Positions 1 through 9,343 of a stretch of 64,000 bases of DNA are shown piece by piece (the first letter of the stretch is position 1; every line of letters starts with the position of its first letter). The notes below the pieces were generated by a model, which searched no databases, was not told the DNA's origin, and saw nothing but the letters and a program-made list of their open reading frames with translations. The stretch is from NCBI GenBank assembly GCA_044222185.1, contig JBGANV010000001.1, positions 256,001-320,000 of the forward strand, written 5' to 3'. Both the position numbers and the translations under genes were made by a program. Origin of the DNA: Planctomycetota bacterium (GTDB lineage: Bacteria > Planctomycetota > GCA-002687715 > CAIWVZ01).

Positions 1-1111
1 AGAAATCGACGTTCGGATACAGCTTGCGGCTGATGAAGTACTCGTCCTTCAGGGCGATCTCTTCGAGCTGCATGGCGATCTCGAGCAGACGGCTCGAACC
101 ACCGAACTTCTGGACGACTTCCGTGCACGCGCGCTTCAGGATCGTCGCGCGCGGATCGTAGTTCTTGTAGACGCGATGGCCGAATCCCATCAGGCGCGCA
201 TTGCCCTGCTTGTCCTTGGCTTTCGAGACGTAGGCCTGCACGGAGTCGCCACCCTGGGCGATCTCCTCCAGCATCTCGATGACCTCCTGGTTCGCACCGC
301 CGTGAAGCGGACCCCACAGGGCGCTGATTCCCGCGGAGATGCAGGCGAACAGGTTGGCCTTGGAGCTGCCGACCATGCGCACGGTGCTCGTGGAGCAGTT
401 CTGCTCGTGATCGGCGTGGAGGATCAGCAGCAGGTCCAGGGCCTTCGCGGCGACGGGATCGACGCGGTATTCCTCGCACGGCGTCGCGAACGTCATGCGG
501 AGGAAGTTCGAGGCGTAGTCCAGCGAGTTCATCGGGTAGACGAAGGGCTGGCCGAGCGAGTGCTTGTACGACCACGCCGCGATCGTGGGCATCTTGGCGA
601 CCAGGCGGATCGCTGCTTCCGTCACGTTCGCGCTGTCGCCGAGGTGGTCATAGAACGTCGACAGGGCACCGACCGCTGCAGCGCAGACGGGCATGGGGTG
701 CGCATCCTTCGGCAGGGCGCCGAAGAACCGGCCCAGGTCCTCGTGGAGCATGGTGTGGCGGGTGATCGCCGTCGTGAACTCGGACAGCTGCTGCTTCGAC
801 GGGAGTTCGCCGTTGATTAGGAGCCACGCCACTTCGAGGAAGCTCGCGCGCTCCGCCAGCTCTTCGATGGGATATCCCCGGTAACGGAGGATGCCCTTCT
901 CGCCGTCGATGAACGTGATCGCGCTCCGGCACGCACCTGTATTCCCAAAACCGGGGTCCAGCGTGATCGCTCCGGTGGTGTTGCGGAGCTTCTCGATGTC
1001 GACCCCCACCTCGCCCTCCGAGCCGATGACGACTGGGAGGTTGATCGTGCGGTCTCGGAACGTGAACTGAGCCTGGCCATCTCCCGCCGATACGGGCTTC
1101 TCGCTCGCCAT
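1..1111 (-). CDS. gltA: Citrate synthase (3' end runs off the window)
   Basis: Own translation from ATG at 1111: MASEKPVS...TLDPGFGNTG...ITFIDGEKGILRYRGYPIE...LHADHEQNCST...LWGPLHGGANQ...LMGFGHRVYKNYDPRA...LYPNVDF. Absent from the ORF track because the stop lies outside the window. Confidence 0.97.
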   Translation of the reverse strand, partial: MASEKPVSAGDGQAQFTFRDRTINLPVVIGSEGEVGVDIEKLRNTTGAITLDPGFGNTGACRSAITFIDGEKGILRYRGYPIEELAERASFLEVAWLLINGELPSKQQLSEFTTAITRHTMLHEDLGRFFGALPKDAHPMPVCAAAVGALSTFYDHLGDSANVTEAAIRLVAKMPTIAAWSYKHSLGQPFVYPMNSLDYASNFLRMTFATPCEEYRVDPVAAKALDLLLILHADHEQNCSTSTVRMVGSSKANLFACISAGISALWGPLHGGANQEVIEMLEEIAQGGDSVQAYVSKAKDKQGNARLMGFGHRVYKNYDPRATILKRACTEVVQKFGGSSRLLEIAMQLEEIALKDEYFISRKLYPNVDF

Positions 1112-1445
1112 GAGAGGAGTCCTTTCCACTGGGCTTCGACCGCGAAGGGCCGCGGCCGAGCCGCGGCAGCACACCATTCCGGTCGATGCGACGGGGGAGT
1201 GTACCGAGACTCCGTCGCCATCGCGTACGGCTGAATGCGCACGGGCCGGTACGGCCGCGGAGGGGTGTCCGGCGTCGGGGATGACTTCACTGCGCTGCGC
1301 GATCGGCCGCAGGGTTTCGCCAAGTTTTCTAGGAAAAACGCCGCGCATCCCAGCCTGCCAGCCGTCGAGGCCGGGTTGGCCGGAGCGGGGTCGTCCGTGG
1401 AGGGGGTTGTTCCCGCGGCACGCAGATGCGGCCTCCGCCCGGGCC

Positions 1446-1946
1446 TCAGCCCCGAGGGCCTCGGGGCCCCGGACCGCTCTCGCAGGCGCGCCGCCACACC
1501 GCCAGCATGCCGGCGTGAGCGGCCGTGTGCCCCGCCAGCGAGTAGATGACGGCGTGCCCGATCGTCGGCAGGCGGCTCCGCCACCGCACGTCGGGCAGAG
1601 GTGCGCGCAGGCCCGACTCACCGAGCTCGTGCAGACGGTCCGTCACGCGCCTTTCCCCGTCTGCGAGGGCCTGAAGAAGTGCGTCGGTCGCCGGGTAGGC
1701 GGCGTCGGCGCCCAGTGCCGTGCTTCCCGGCGCGAACAGACGGGTCCACTCGTCCGACAGCCACCGTGGGATCCCCAGTTCGTCCCCGATCGCCTGGCAG
1801 GCGAACGTGACGTGTCCCAACGTCCACGCGCCATGGCAGCGGATGCCCGCAGGTTGGCGCGTCATCTCCGTTGGCGAAAGGCCCGTGCAGGCCTGGCGGA
1901 TCTCCGTCAGGCTCATCCGCCAAACGGTCAGGACTTCGTCGATCAT
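1446..1946 (-). CDS. DinB/YfiT-like family protein
   Basis: 166 aa; 'HGAWTLGHV' and C-terminal 'HTAAHAGML' His pattern of DinB four-helix proteins. Confidence 0.75.
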   Translation of the reverse strand: MIDEVLTVWRMSLTEIRQACTGLSPTEMTRQPAGIRCHGAWTLGHVTFACQAIGDELGIPRWLSDEWTRLFAPGSTALGADAAYPATDALLQALADGERRVTDRLHELGESGLRAPLPDVRWRSRLPTIGHAVIYSLAGHTAAHAGMLAVWRRACESGPGPRGPRG

Positions 1947-2133
1947 GGGGGGATCTTATCCGCGGTTTGGACTGCCCTACGGAGTGGATCGTCGCCCAAG
2001 CGGACGCATCGCCTCCGGCCAGCGGGCACGCCGAGCGCGCACGATTCCGGCGTCCGTCACACCGCGCGAGGGTGTGGGGTGCGATCCCGCGCGCTGTCGC
2101 GTGCCGGTCCGACGTGGAGCGACGAGTGACCCC

Positions 2134-2820
2134 ATGGAATCTGAATCAACCTGCTCGACGTTGATCCGGGCCGCCGCCAGCGGTGACCAATCCAAGCGTG
2201 AAGAGTTCGTGCGGCGCTATGGACCGGTCATTCGCTCGTACTTCGAGTCCACCGCGCGCACCTGGTTGCCGGGGCCCCTCGTGGACGACGCCGTCCAGGA
2301 CGTGTTCATCGAGTGCTTTCGGGTGGGCGGCGTCCTCGATCGGGTCGACGATGACAGGCCCGGCGGGTTCAGGGCATTCCTCTTCGGCGTCGTCAGGAAC
2401 GTCGGCCTGCGAATTCGCATGCGGCAGGCTCGACAGCGCGAAAAGGAGGCTCCGGGCGAGTTCACCTTCGACGCGTTCGAGACGGACGAGACGGACGCCC
2501 CGAAGCGATTCGACGAGGCCTGGGCGGAGGGCCTCATGAAGGAGGCCGCGACCGTGCAGGCCGAGCGGGCACGATCCAGAGGAGTGGACGCGACGCGGCG
2601 CGTCGAGCTCCTCCGCTTGCGGTTCTTCGAAGCGCTCCCAATTCGCGACATTGCCCAGCGATGGGGCTCCGATCCGGCGACGCTTCACCGCGAATACGCG
2701 AAGGCCCGCGGGGAGTTCCGCGACGCATTGCGTGAGGTCGTGAGTTTCGACCATCCGGGGACGAGCGACGAGATCGACGCGCGATGTCTCGAGTTGCTGA
2801 TCTTGCTGGGGCGGCGCTGA
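2134..2820 (+). CDS. ECF sigma-70 factor (kinase-associated type)
   Basis: ATG 2134, MESESTCSTLIRAAASGD...FVRRYGPVIRSY...DDAVQDVF...FRAFLFGVVRN (region 2); C-terminal HTH LRFFEALPIRDIA; directly upstream of a Ser/Thr kinase. Confidence 0.85.
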   Translation: MESESTCSTLIRAAASGDQSKREEFVRRYGPVIRSYFESTARTWLPGPLVDDAVQDVFIECFRVGGVLDRVDDDRPGGFRAFLFGVVRNVGLRIRMRQARQREKEAPGEFTFDAFETDETDAPKRFDEAWAEGLMKEAATVQAERARSRGVDATRRVELLRLRFFEALPIRDIAQRWGSDPATLHREYAKARGEFRDALREVVSFDHPGTSDEIDARCLELLILLGRR

Positions 2821-2936
2821 AGTCGGGCGGGGATGGGCCCTCGTCGGCGTTGGACTCCCGATCGAAACAGCTCGCGCGAAACCGTTCGGCCGGATGAATG
2901 AGAAGCGGGGGCGACCCCCTTCGGAGCGCAACCGGA

Positions 2937-5900
2937 ATGGATGAAGCACAACCATCGCCGCGACCTGACCCGACAGATTCGCTCTGGGAAACCGCCATGC
3001 GCGCCGAATTCGGGCGGGAAGGCGATGGGGGTCATTCGCACCGTGACCCGTCGTCGGAACTCTGGGTCGGCGGGTCCCTTGGCTCACTTGCCGTGAGCGG
3101 GCTGCGGGCAGTCGACAACTTCGCTCTCGTCGGTGAGATCGGCCGCGGCGGGATGGGGGTCGTGCTCAAGGCTCGTGACGTCATCCTCGAGCGCGACGTG
3201 GCGGTGAAGTTGTTCGCGGGACACCCGACCAGGCCTGAGGAGTCCGCCCGGTTCGATCGCGAATGCCGCGCGATCGCCAAGCTCGATCACCCCAACGTCG
3301 TGCCCATCTACGCCGTCGGCAAGTGCGGCGGCCTTCGCTACTTCGCCATGCCGCTCCTGCCCGGCGCCTCCCTCGCGGGCAGGCTTTCTGCGATGCGGGC
3401 GGCGGGTACCCGCGGCTTTCCGCCGCGTGACGCCGCCAGAATCGCGGCCGGCATCGCCAGCGCGCTCGTTGCCAGCCACGGCGCGAACGTCCTCCACCGC
3501 GACCTGAAACCGTCGAACGTGTTGTTCGACCGCACCGGCGAACCCATGCTCATCGACTTCGGCCTGGCGCGCGATCAGGATCGCGACGACCCGACGCTCT
3601 CCATCGGGTTCCTCGGTACGCCGCGCTACGCCGCGCCCGAGTGCCTTTCAGGCCGAAGCCGGAACGACGTCCGGCTGGACGTGTTCGGGCTCGGCGCCGT
3701 GCTCTACGAGATGCTGACGCTGCGCCCGCCGCGTTCTGGCGAGACGCTGTCCGAGATCCTCGCCGAGGCGCGGGACCGCGAGCCACTGCCGCCGCGCCAG
3801 CTCGACCGACGCGTTCCGAGAGACCTCGAGACGATCTGCTGCAAGGCCTTGGATTGCGATCCGGAGCGTCGGTATCGGACCGCCGCCGATGTCGAGGCCG
3901 ACCTGCGCAGTTTCCTCGACCACCGACCCATCGCGGCGAAGCCCGCCAGTGGCTCGTTGCGGCTGCGGCGGTGGGTCCGCCGCAACCCTTCGAAAGCCAC
4001 GTTGGCCGGAGTCTCCATCGCGGTGCTCATCGGGATGCTGGTGTGGATGTTCGCGCCGGCCGGGGTCGTCGTCGAGACGGAGCCGCCGGGTGCGGCGATC
4101 CTCGTGGACGGAGCGGACACGGGGTCCGCGACACCGGCACGTGTTTCTGCATGGCCTGCGGGCCGACACGAGATTCGCGTCCGCCTGCCGGGCTACGAGC
4201 CACAGGCCCGCGTCGCGCCGAGTGAGCACACGACGGATGGGAGTCCGGTGCGCTTCACGCTCGTCCCCGTGCGTGGATTCTTGACGGTGACATCACCGCT
4301 CAGCGGGGTGCGGGTCGAACTCACGCGAAACGGTGTTTCCGCGACGATGTACGCGCCGTTCACCGACACGAGCGTCGATGCGGGCAGCTACACCCTTCGT
4401 GCGTCACTCGCCAACTACAGGGATCGCCGGCAGGACGTCGTCGTGCGCGAGGGGACGATGACGCGCGTGAACGTCGACTTGGAGCCCATCCTCGTTCGCG
4501 ACATTCCGCTCGACGGCGCCGCGGCGGGCGGCCTGGCCGCGGCCGATTTCGACGGGGATGGGACTCCCGACCTGGCCGTCGTGAGTCGGACGCGACCGGA
4601 ATACGGCACCCTTTCGCTTCTGGACGTGGTGAGCGGTGCGTCCGGGCTTCGCATCTGGAACCGGGGACTCGGACCGCGGGATGGCGTGTCCATTCTCGTC
4701 CTACGGGACTTCGATGGGGACGGCGTGCCGGACGTCGCGCTCGCGTGCTGGTCGCATGGACGGGCCGGTGACGTGTTCGTCTTCTCCGGTCGTACGGGAG
4801 CGCGGCTGTGGCATCGGGTCGGCCCGACAGCCGTCCTGCGGCTCGAGGCCGCCGGGCACGAGACGGATGGGACGCCACGGCTGGTCGCAATCCTTCAGGA
4901 TGGGTCGGTCGAAGGATATTCCGTTCGAAGCGATACGCTCGTGTTCCAGCGGTGGCTCTCGGAGAACGGGAAAGCCGACGCCATCTCGCTCGGTTGGGTC
5001 TGGGATTCAGGCGACCAGGGGCCGTTGATCGCGGGCGGGTGGCCCGATGGTCGGTTCCGCGTGCTTCGTGCGGATGGCTCGGCGACCGCCATCCGCATCG
5101 GTAGCGAGCCGACTGCCGTCGTTCGGCCGTCGGCTGATTGCGACGATGTCGTCGTCGGCTGCAAGGACGGGTCGGTGCACCTGTTGACGCGAGGCGGTAG
5201 TCGTGAACTCGATCGGCTCGAAGGCGGCGCCGTCCTTCGCCTGATCGCCGTGCCCGATCGGAATTCCGATGGCGTCTCCGACATGCTCGTCGCCTGCGGG
5301 GATGGATCGCACGACGTCGTCGCCATGCCGGGCGGCGCTCTCTTGGCGCGTATTCCCGCCGCGGAAGCCGAGGTTGCGGCCAACGATGCCATCCTCGCCA
5401 GCTCGAGCGGCGGCGAGGGCGACGTGGCGTTTGCAGAGAACACGACCGAGGGGCGCTCACGTAACGTGGGCTACGTCCGGTGTACGTCGGTCGATGGGAG
5501 CCGCACCCAGGCGTTTTGGCTCCAGGACTGCATCGCCGTCGGCTTGGCGGCGGCCGATTTCGACGGCGATGGCCTGGAAGACGTGGCGGTCGCGTTCGCG
5601 AACTCCGTATCGCACTCGATGTCGGTGAAGATCCTGTCGTTCCACCCGAGGGGAACGCTTTGGCGCTTCGCCACCGGCGGTCGCGTCTGGTCTTCGCCCG
5701 CAACGGCAGACTTCGATCGCGACGGCCGTCCCGACGTGGTGATCGGATCGAACGACGGCAATCTCTACGCGCTCAGCGGCCGTGATGGCCACGTTCTCTG
5801 GACAGTGGCGACGAAGGGGGCGGTGTGGTCATCGCCCGTGCTCGCCGACCTCGACGAGGACGGCATGGTCGACGTCGTCGTCGGGTCGGACGACGGTCGG

Positions 5901-7466
5901 TTGTACGCCACGTCAGGAGTGGACGGGTCGTTGCTGTGGCCGCCAATCGACACGGGTGGCGAGGTGAGCTGCACACCCGCGCTCGCGAGGGTCGATGACG
6001 ACGACGTGCCCGACATCGTCGTGGGTTCGTTGGCGGGGCACGTCCACGTCGTGTCGGGGCGAACGGGGAGAGAGCTGCGCCCGCCGCTCGGCCCATCCCC
6101 CTCGGGCAGGAATCACGGTTTCTACGCCACTCCGATCGTTCGTGACCTGGATGGCGACGGCCGTCCAGAGATCATCGCACCCAGTTTCGACGGCAAGGTC
6201 CACGTCTTCGCCGGCCGCGGGGGTGTGTTTTGTGACCCCCTCGGCGGCGGAGGGACGATGCACTCGAGTCCCGCCTGGGCGGACATCGACGGAGACGGAA
6301 CGGAAGAGCTGGTGCTCGGTACCGGGACTGGCGAGCTGTGTGTGCTCCGCGGTCTTCGAGGCGCGTTGAAGGGGACGCGCCTTCGTTGTTCGAAGATCAA
6401 CTCCTCTCCCGCGCTCGGGGACTTGGATGGCGTCGGTGTATTGGATGTCGTCGTGGGAAGCGGCTGCGATTTCGATGGACAGGACGTCTCGGCGATCTCA
6501 GGCGCGGATCGATCGGAGCTGTGGGTCTACCGGACGGGCCGGGGGACGTGGTCGACACCGGTGCTGAGGGACGTCGACGGCGACGGTGAGCTCGATGTCG
6601 TCGTCGGTTCGGCCGACTCGCACCTCTATGTCCTCGGTGGACGCGACGGCGCGTTGTTGTGGAGATTCCACATCGGGGCCGAGACCCACAGCCGTGCAGC
6701 GCTCGCAGACCTCGATGGAGATGGCGTCCTCGAGGCGATCATCGGTGGCTGGGACGGCGCCGTTCATGCGGTTTCGTTGAGCGAGAACTCATTGCGGGCC
6801 CGACGCCGCAACCTGGATCCTTGCACGCGGGCGCTGCAGAGCCTTGCGGCGTTCGATTACTCGGCCGTGATCGGGGAACGGGACCGCGATCCTCACCCCT
6901 CCGCCCTGCTGCGGTTTGCCGCCGGTGTCGCACGGCTCCAGCGTGGTGCCGAGCGCGACTCTCTCGTCGAGCTTCGCGCGGCTGCCGCCGCAGGCCTGCG
7001 CGCGCCCGGCCTCTCGATTCACCTGATGTCGTGCGCGCTGATCGCTGGGGAGCCTCTCGACACCGACGTCATCGCCGCAGGTATCGCCGTCGACCCCGTC
7101 GGCTTCGCCGATGGCATGATCCAGCAACGCGACTTCCGCGCGAAGATCGACGTCGGCGTGGAGCGACGCGCACTCGAGGGGATTCTCCGAGTCCTTCCCA
7201 CCCGGACCGATCGGGAGCGTCTCGTTTTCAGCACCGTCGCGCTCTTCGCCGGGGTCACCGCAAATCCGCCCGCACCCGATCGATTCGAAGGTGACCCCGT
7301 GTTTGCCGATCTTGCGCGCATTCTGGCGCGAGCCGACGAAAGCCTTGCGAGGACGGCGACGCACACCTCCGACCAGACGTACACGACGCCGGGGGCGCGA
7401 CTCGTCGGTCGAATCCCGCAAGAGGCTCCAGCGCTTCGCCAGCTCCTCCGCATGGACGCGCGATAG
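2937..7466 (+). CDS. Membrane Ser/Thr protein kinase with PEGA domains and FG-GAP/PQQ-like propeller repeats
   Basis: IGRGGMGVV, VAVK, HRDLKPSN, DFGLA, GTPRYAAPE; TM ATLAGVSIAVLIGMLVWMF; PEGA (TEPPGAAILVDG); many WSSP...DxDxDG..DVVVGS.DG.LYA repeats. Start could be 2898. Confidence 0.92.
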   Translation: MDEAQPSPRPDPTDSLWETAMRAEFGREGDGGHSHRDPSSELWVGGSLGSLAVSGLRAVDNFALVGEIGRGGMGVVLKARDVILERDVAVKLFAGHPTRPEESARFDRECRAIAKLDHPNVVPIYAVGKCGGLRYFAMPLLPGASLAGRLSAMRAAGTRGFPPRDAARIAAGIASALVASHGANVLHRDLKPSNVLFDRTGEPMLIDFGLARDQDRDDPTLSIGFLGTPRYAAPECLSGRSRNDVRLDVFGLGAVLYEMLTLRPPRSGETLSEILAEARDREPLPPRQLDRRVPRDLETICCKALDCDPERRYRTAADVEADLRSFLDHRPIAAKPASGSLRLRRWVRRNPSKATLAGVSIAVLIGMLVWMFAPAGVVVETEPPGAAILVDGADTGSATPARVSAWPAGRHEIRVRLPGYEPQARVAPSEHTTDGSPVRFTLVPVRGFLTVTSPLSGVRVELTRNGVSATMYAPFTDTSVDAGSYTLRASLANYRDRRQDVVVREGTMTRVNVDLEPILVRDIPLDGAAAGGLAAADFDGDGTPDLAVVSRTRPEYGTLSLLDVVSGASGLRIWNRGLGPRDGVSILVLRDFDGDGVPDVALACWSHGRAGDVFVFSGRTGARLWHRVGPTAVLRLEAAGHETDGTPRLVAILQDGSVEGYSVRSDTLVFQRWLSENGKADAISLGWVWDSGDQGPLIAGGWPDGRFRVLRADGSATAIRIGSEPTAVVRPSADCDDVVVGCKDGSVHLLTRGGSRELDRLEGGAVLRLIAVPDRNSDGVSDMLVACGDGSHDVVAMPGGALLARIPAAEAEVAANDAILASSSGGEGDVAFAENTTEGRSRNVGYVRCTSVDGSRTQAFWLQDCIAVGLAAADFDGDGLEDVAVAFANSVSHSMSVKILSFHPRGTLWRFATGGRVWSSPATADFDRDGRPDVVIGSNDGNLYALSGRDGHVLWTVATKGAVWSSPVLADLDEDGMVDVVVGSDDGRLYATSGVDGSLLWPPIDTGGEVSCTPALARVDDDDVPDIVVGSLAGHVHVVSGRTGRELRPPLGPSPSGRNHGFYATPIVRDLDGDGRPEIIAPSFDGKVHVFAGRGGVFCDPLGGGGTMHSSPAWADIDGDGTEELVLGTGTGELCVLRGLRGALKGTRLRCSKINSSPALGDLDGVGVLDVVVGSGCDFDGQDVSAISGADRSELWVYRTGRGTWSTPVLRDVDGDGELDVVVGSADSHLYVLGGRDGALLWRFHIGAETHSRAALADLDGDGVLEAIIGGWDGAVHAVSLSENSLRARRRNLDPCTRALQSLAAFDYSAVIGERDRDPHPSALLRFAAGVARLQRGAERDSLVELRAAAAAGLRAPGLSIHLMSCALIAGEPLDTDVIAAGIAVDPVGFADGMIQQRDFRAKIDVGVERRALEGILRVLPTRTDRERLVFSTVALFAGVTANPPAPDRFEGDPVFADLARILARADESLARTATHTSDQTYTTPGARLVGRIPQEAPALRQLLRMDAR

Positions 7467-7723
7467 GGGGCGTGCGACTGGGAATGGTCCGCGGTCGTAC
7501 CCGCGGTCGTGCCCTCCGAACGGCCGCGGGCCTGCGGACGCTCGCCCGGTCCAAGTGAGGCCGCCGTGCATTTTCTGGACGCCCGGCGCGAAAACCACGT
7601 TCGGCGAGAACCTGGAAACGGAGCCGGAAGCACGCGCCTGTTCGAGTGATCTGCGACGCACCTGTCGTTCGGAGCGATCACCAGCACGTGTCGTCGAGCC
7701 TCGCTCCGCTTGAGGGTGCACAC

Positions 7724-9112
7724 ATGAAAGCCTGGATGACATTTCGTGATCTCGGGAGGCGTTCCGCTGGCGTCGTCGCTTTGTGCGTTGTCGCCACTGT
7801 TTCCTCGGGCCAGGGCACGTGGAGTACGCCTCCCGGAGCCAGCCCGACACAGCGCCGCGGCGCGTCCCTCTGTGCAGTGAACGGTGTCATTTTCGCCATC
7901 GGGGGTGCGGCTCCCGGATCGACGTCGTCGGTGAACACAGTCGAGTCGTTCGATCCGTCGTCGAATGCGTGGACGCCTCGCCCGTCGCTGCCGATCGCGA
8001 GCCAACAGCTCGCGGCGGTGACGGTCGCGGGAAAGCTGTACGCGATCGGCGGCGGGAGCTGCTGCGCGCCGTCGAGCTCGGTTCAGATCTACGACTCGAC
8101 CTCCAACTCGTGGTCGGTGGCGAACGCCATGCCCACGGCGCGCTATGCACCGGGAGCTGCCGTCGCGAACGGCGTCATCTACGTGCTCGGTGGTGCTTCC
8201 GGGTTCGGGAACGCCTATACGAACCTGGAAGCCCTCGACACCTCGATCCCCAATGCGCCGTGGGTTCAGAAAGCCCCGTTGCCTGCGTACCGGGGAAACC
8301 TCGCGCTGGCGTCGGTGAATGGTCGCCTCTATGCGATCGGCGGTGCGACCCTCGGAGGGACTCTGGTCGCGACGACGGAGGCCTACGATCCGGCCACGAA
8401 CTCCTGGACGCCGAGGGCTTCCATGCTCACGCCGCGATCCTCGGCTGCTGCGATCGTGATCGGTGGACTGATCTACGTCATCGGCGGTGATACTCCGGTT
8501 GGAATCTCACCGGCCGTCGAGGCCTACGATCCGGACTCGAACACCTGGACTTCGCGGGCGCCGGTGCCGCTTCCGCTGTATGGGCGCAGTGGGACGGCCG
8601 TCGGGTCGGCGGCCTACGTCGCTGGAAACGTGATCCCTTACCCTGCGGGCGCACCGTTGACCGTCGAGCGCTTCGATCCTCTGGCCTACCCGGGGACCAA
8701 CGACGATTTCGCCATGACGAGCGCGCTCGGGCTGGGCCTTCAGACCAGCGGGCTTGGGCGGAACGTCAGAGGATGCTCGGGCGGAACGACGGTCACGGTC
8801 CACCTCGCATCCGCTGGCGGGGCCTTCAACTTCGCGCCACTCCTCCTGCTGGCTCAGCAATTCACCATCGGCTCGCCCCCGTCACCAATCGGCCCGAACG
8901 TCTGGGTCGGGACCACATTCACGACGATCCTCGGCGCAACCGCGGGCCCACTGGGGCCGATCCTGCTCAGTCCTGCTGGCATGGACCTTTCGTTCTCGGT
9001 GCCGGTCGGATTCGCCGGGTCGAGCGTGATCCTTCAGGCAGGCGTTCTGTCGGCCGGCGCGACGAACCACCTCTACGCGACGAGCGAAGCCCTCGAATTG
9101 CAGATCCGGTGA
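7724..9112 (+). CDS. Secreted Kelch-repeat protein with shared C-terminal module
   Basis: Signal peptide (VVALCVVATVSSG|Q); about six Kelch repeats (LYAIGG...EAYDP..NSWT..A.M.T.R); terminal FSVPVGFAGSSVILQAGVL...TSEALELQIR. Confidence 0.88.
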   Translation: MKAWMTFRDLGRRSAGVVALCVVATVSSGQGTWSTPPGASPTQRRGASLCAVNGVIFAIGGAAPGSTSSVNTVESFDPSSNAWTPRPSLPIASQQLAAVTVAGKLYAIGGGSCCAPSSSVQIYDSTSNSWSVANAMPTARYAPGAAVANGVIYVLGGASGFGNAYTNLEALDTSIPNAPWVQKAPLPAYRGNLALASVNGRLYAIGGATLGGTLVATTEAYDPATNSWTPRASMLTPRSSAAAIVIGGLIYVIGGDTPVGISPAVEAYDPDSNTWTSRAPVPLPLYGRSGTAVGSAAYVAGNVIPYPAGAPLTVERFDPLAYPGTNDDFAMTSALGLGLQTSGLGRNVRGCSGGTTVTVHLASAGGAFNFAPLLLLAQQFTIGSPPSPIGPNVWVGTTFTTILGATAGPLGPILLSPAGMDLSFSVPVGFAGSSVILQAGVLSAGATNHLYATSEALELQIR

Positions 9113-9343
9113 GACTCACTCCCGCGGCGTGCTGGCGCGCCCCGCGGCGCGGCCTGTCGGGTCCGTCGATGGAACGCGTGGAACGGGGGGTGCGGCCCAG
9201 CGTGCTCCCACGGCCGTCGCGGGTGCGACGCGGCGGTCGGCCTGCCCTTTTCTTGACCCGACCCGATCCGGGCGAGCGCACTGAGGGGTTGTGACGCCGC
9301 CTTCTGCCGCGCCTTCCGTTGCGGCCGGGCTCCCGTCCGGAGA

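Noticed and set aside
1323-1339. AT-rich imperfect palindrome GTTTTCTAGGAAAAAC upstream of gltA
   Set aside because: Single imperfect instance; could be an operator but is unsupported
176-1584. Listed ORFs over the first 1.5 kb
   Set aside because: The true gene is the unlisted minus-strand gltA frame; the others lack motifs
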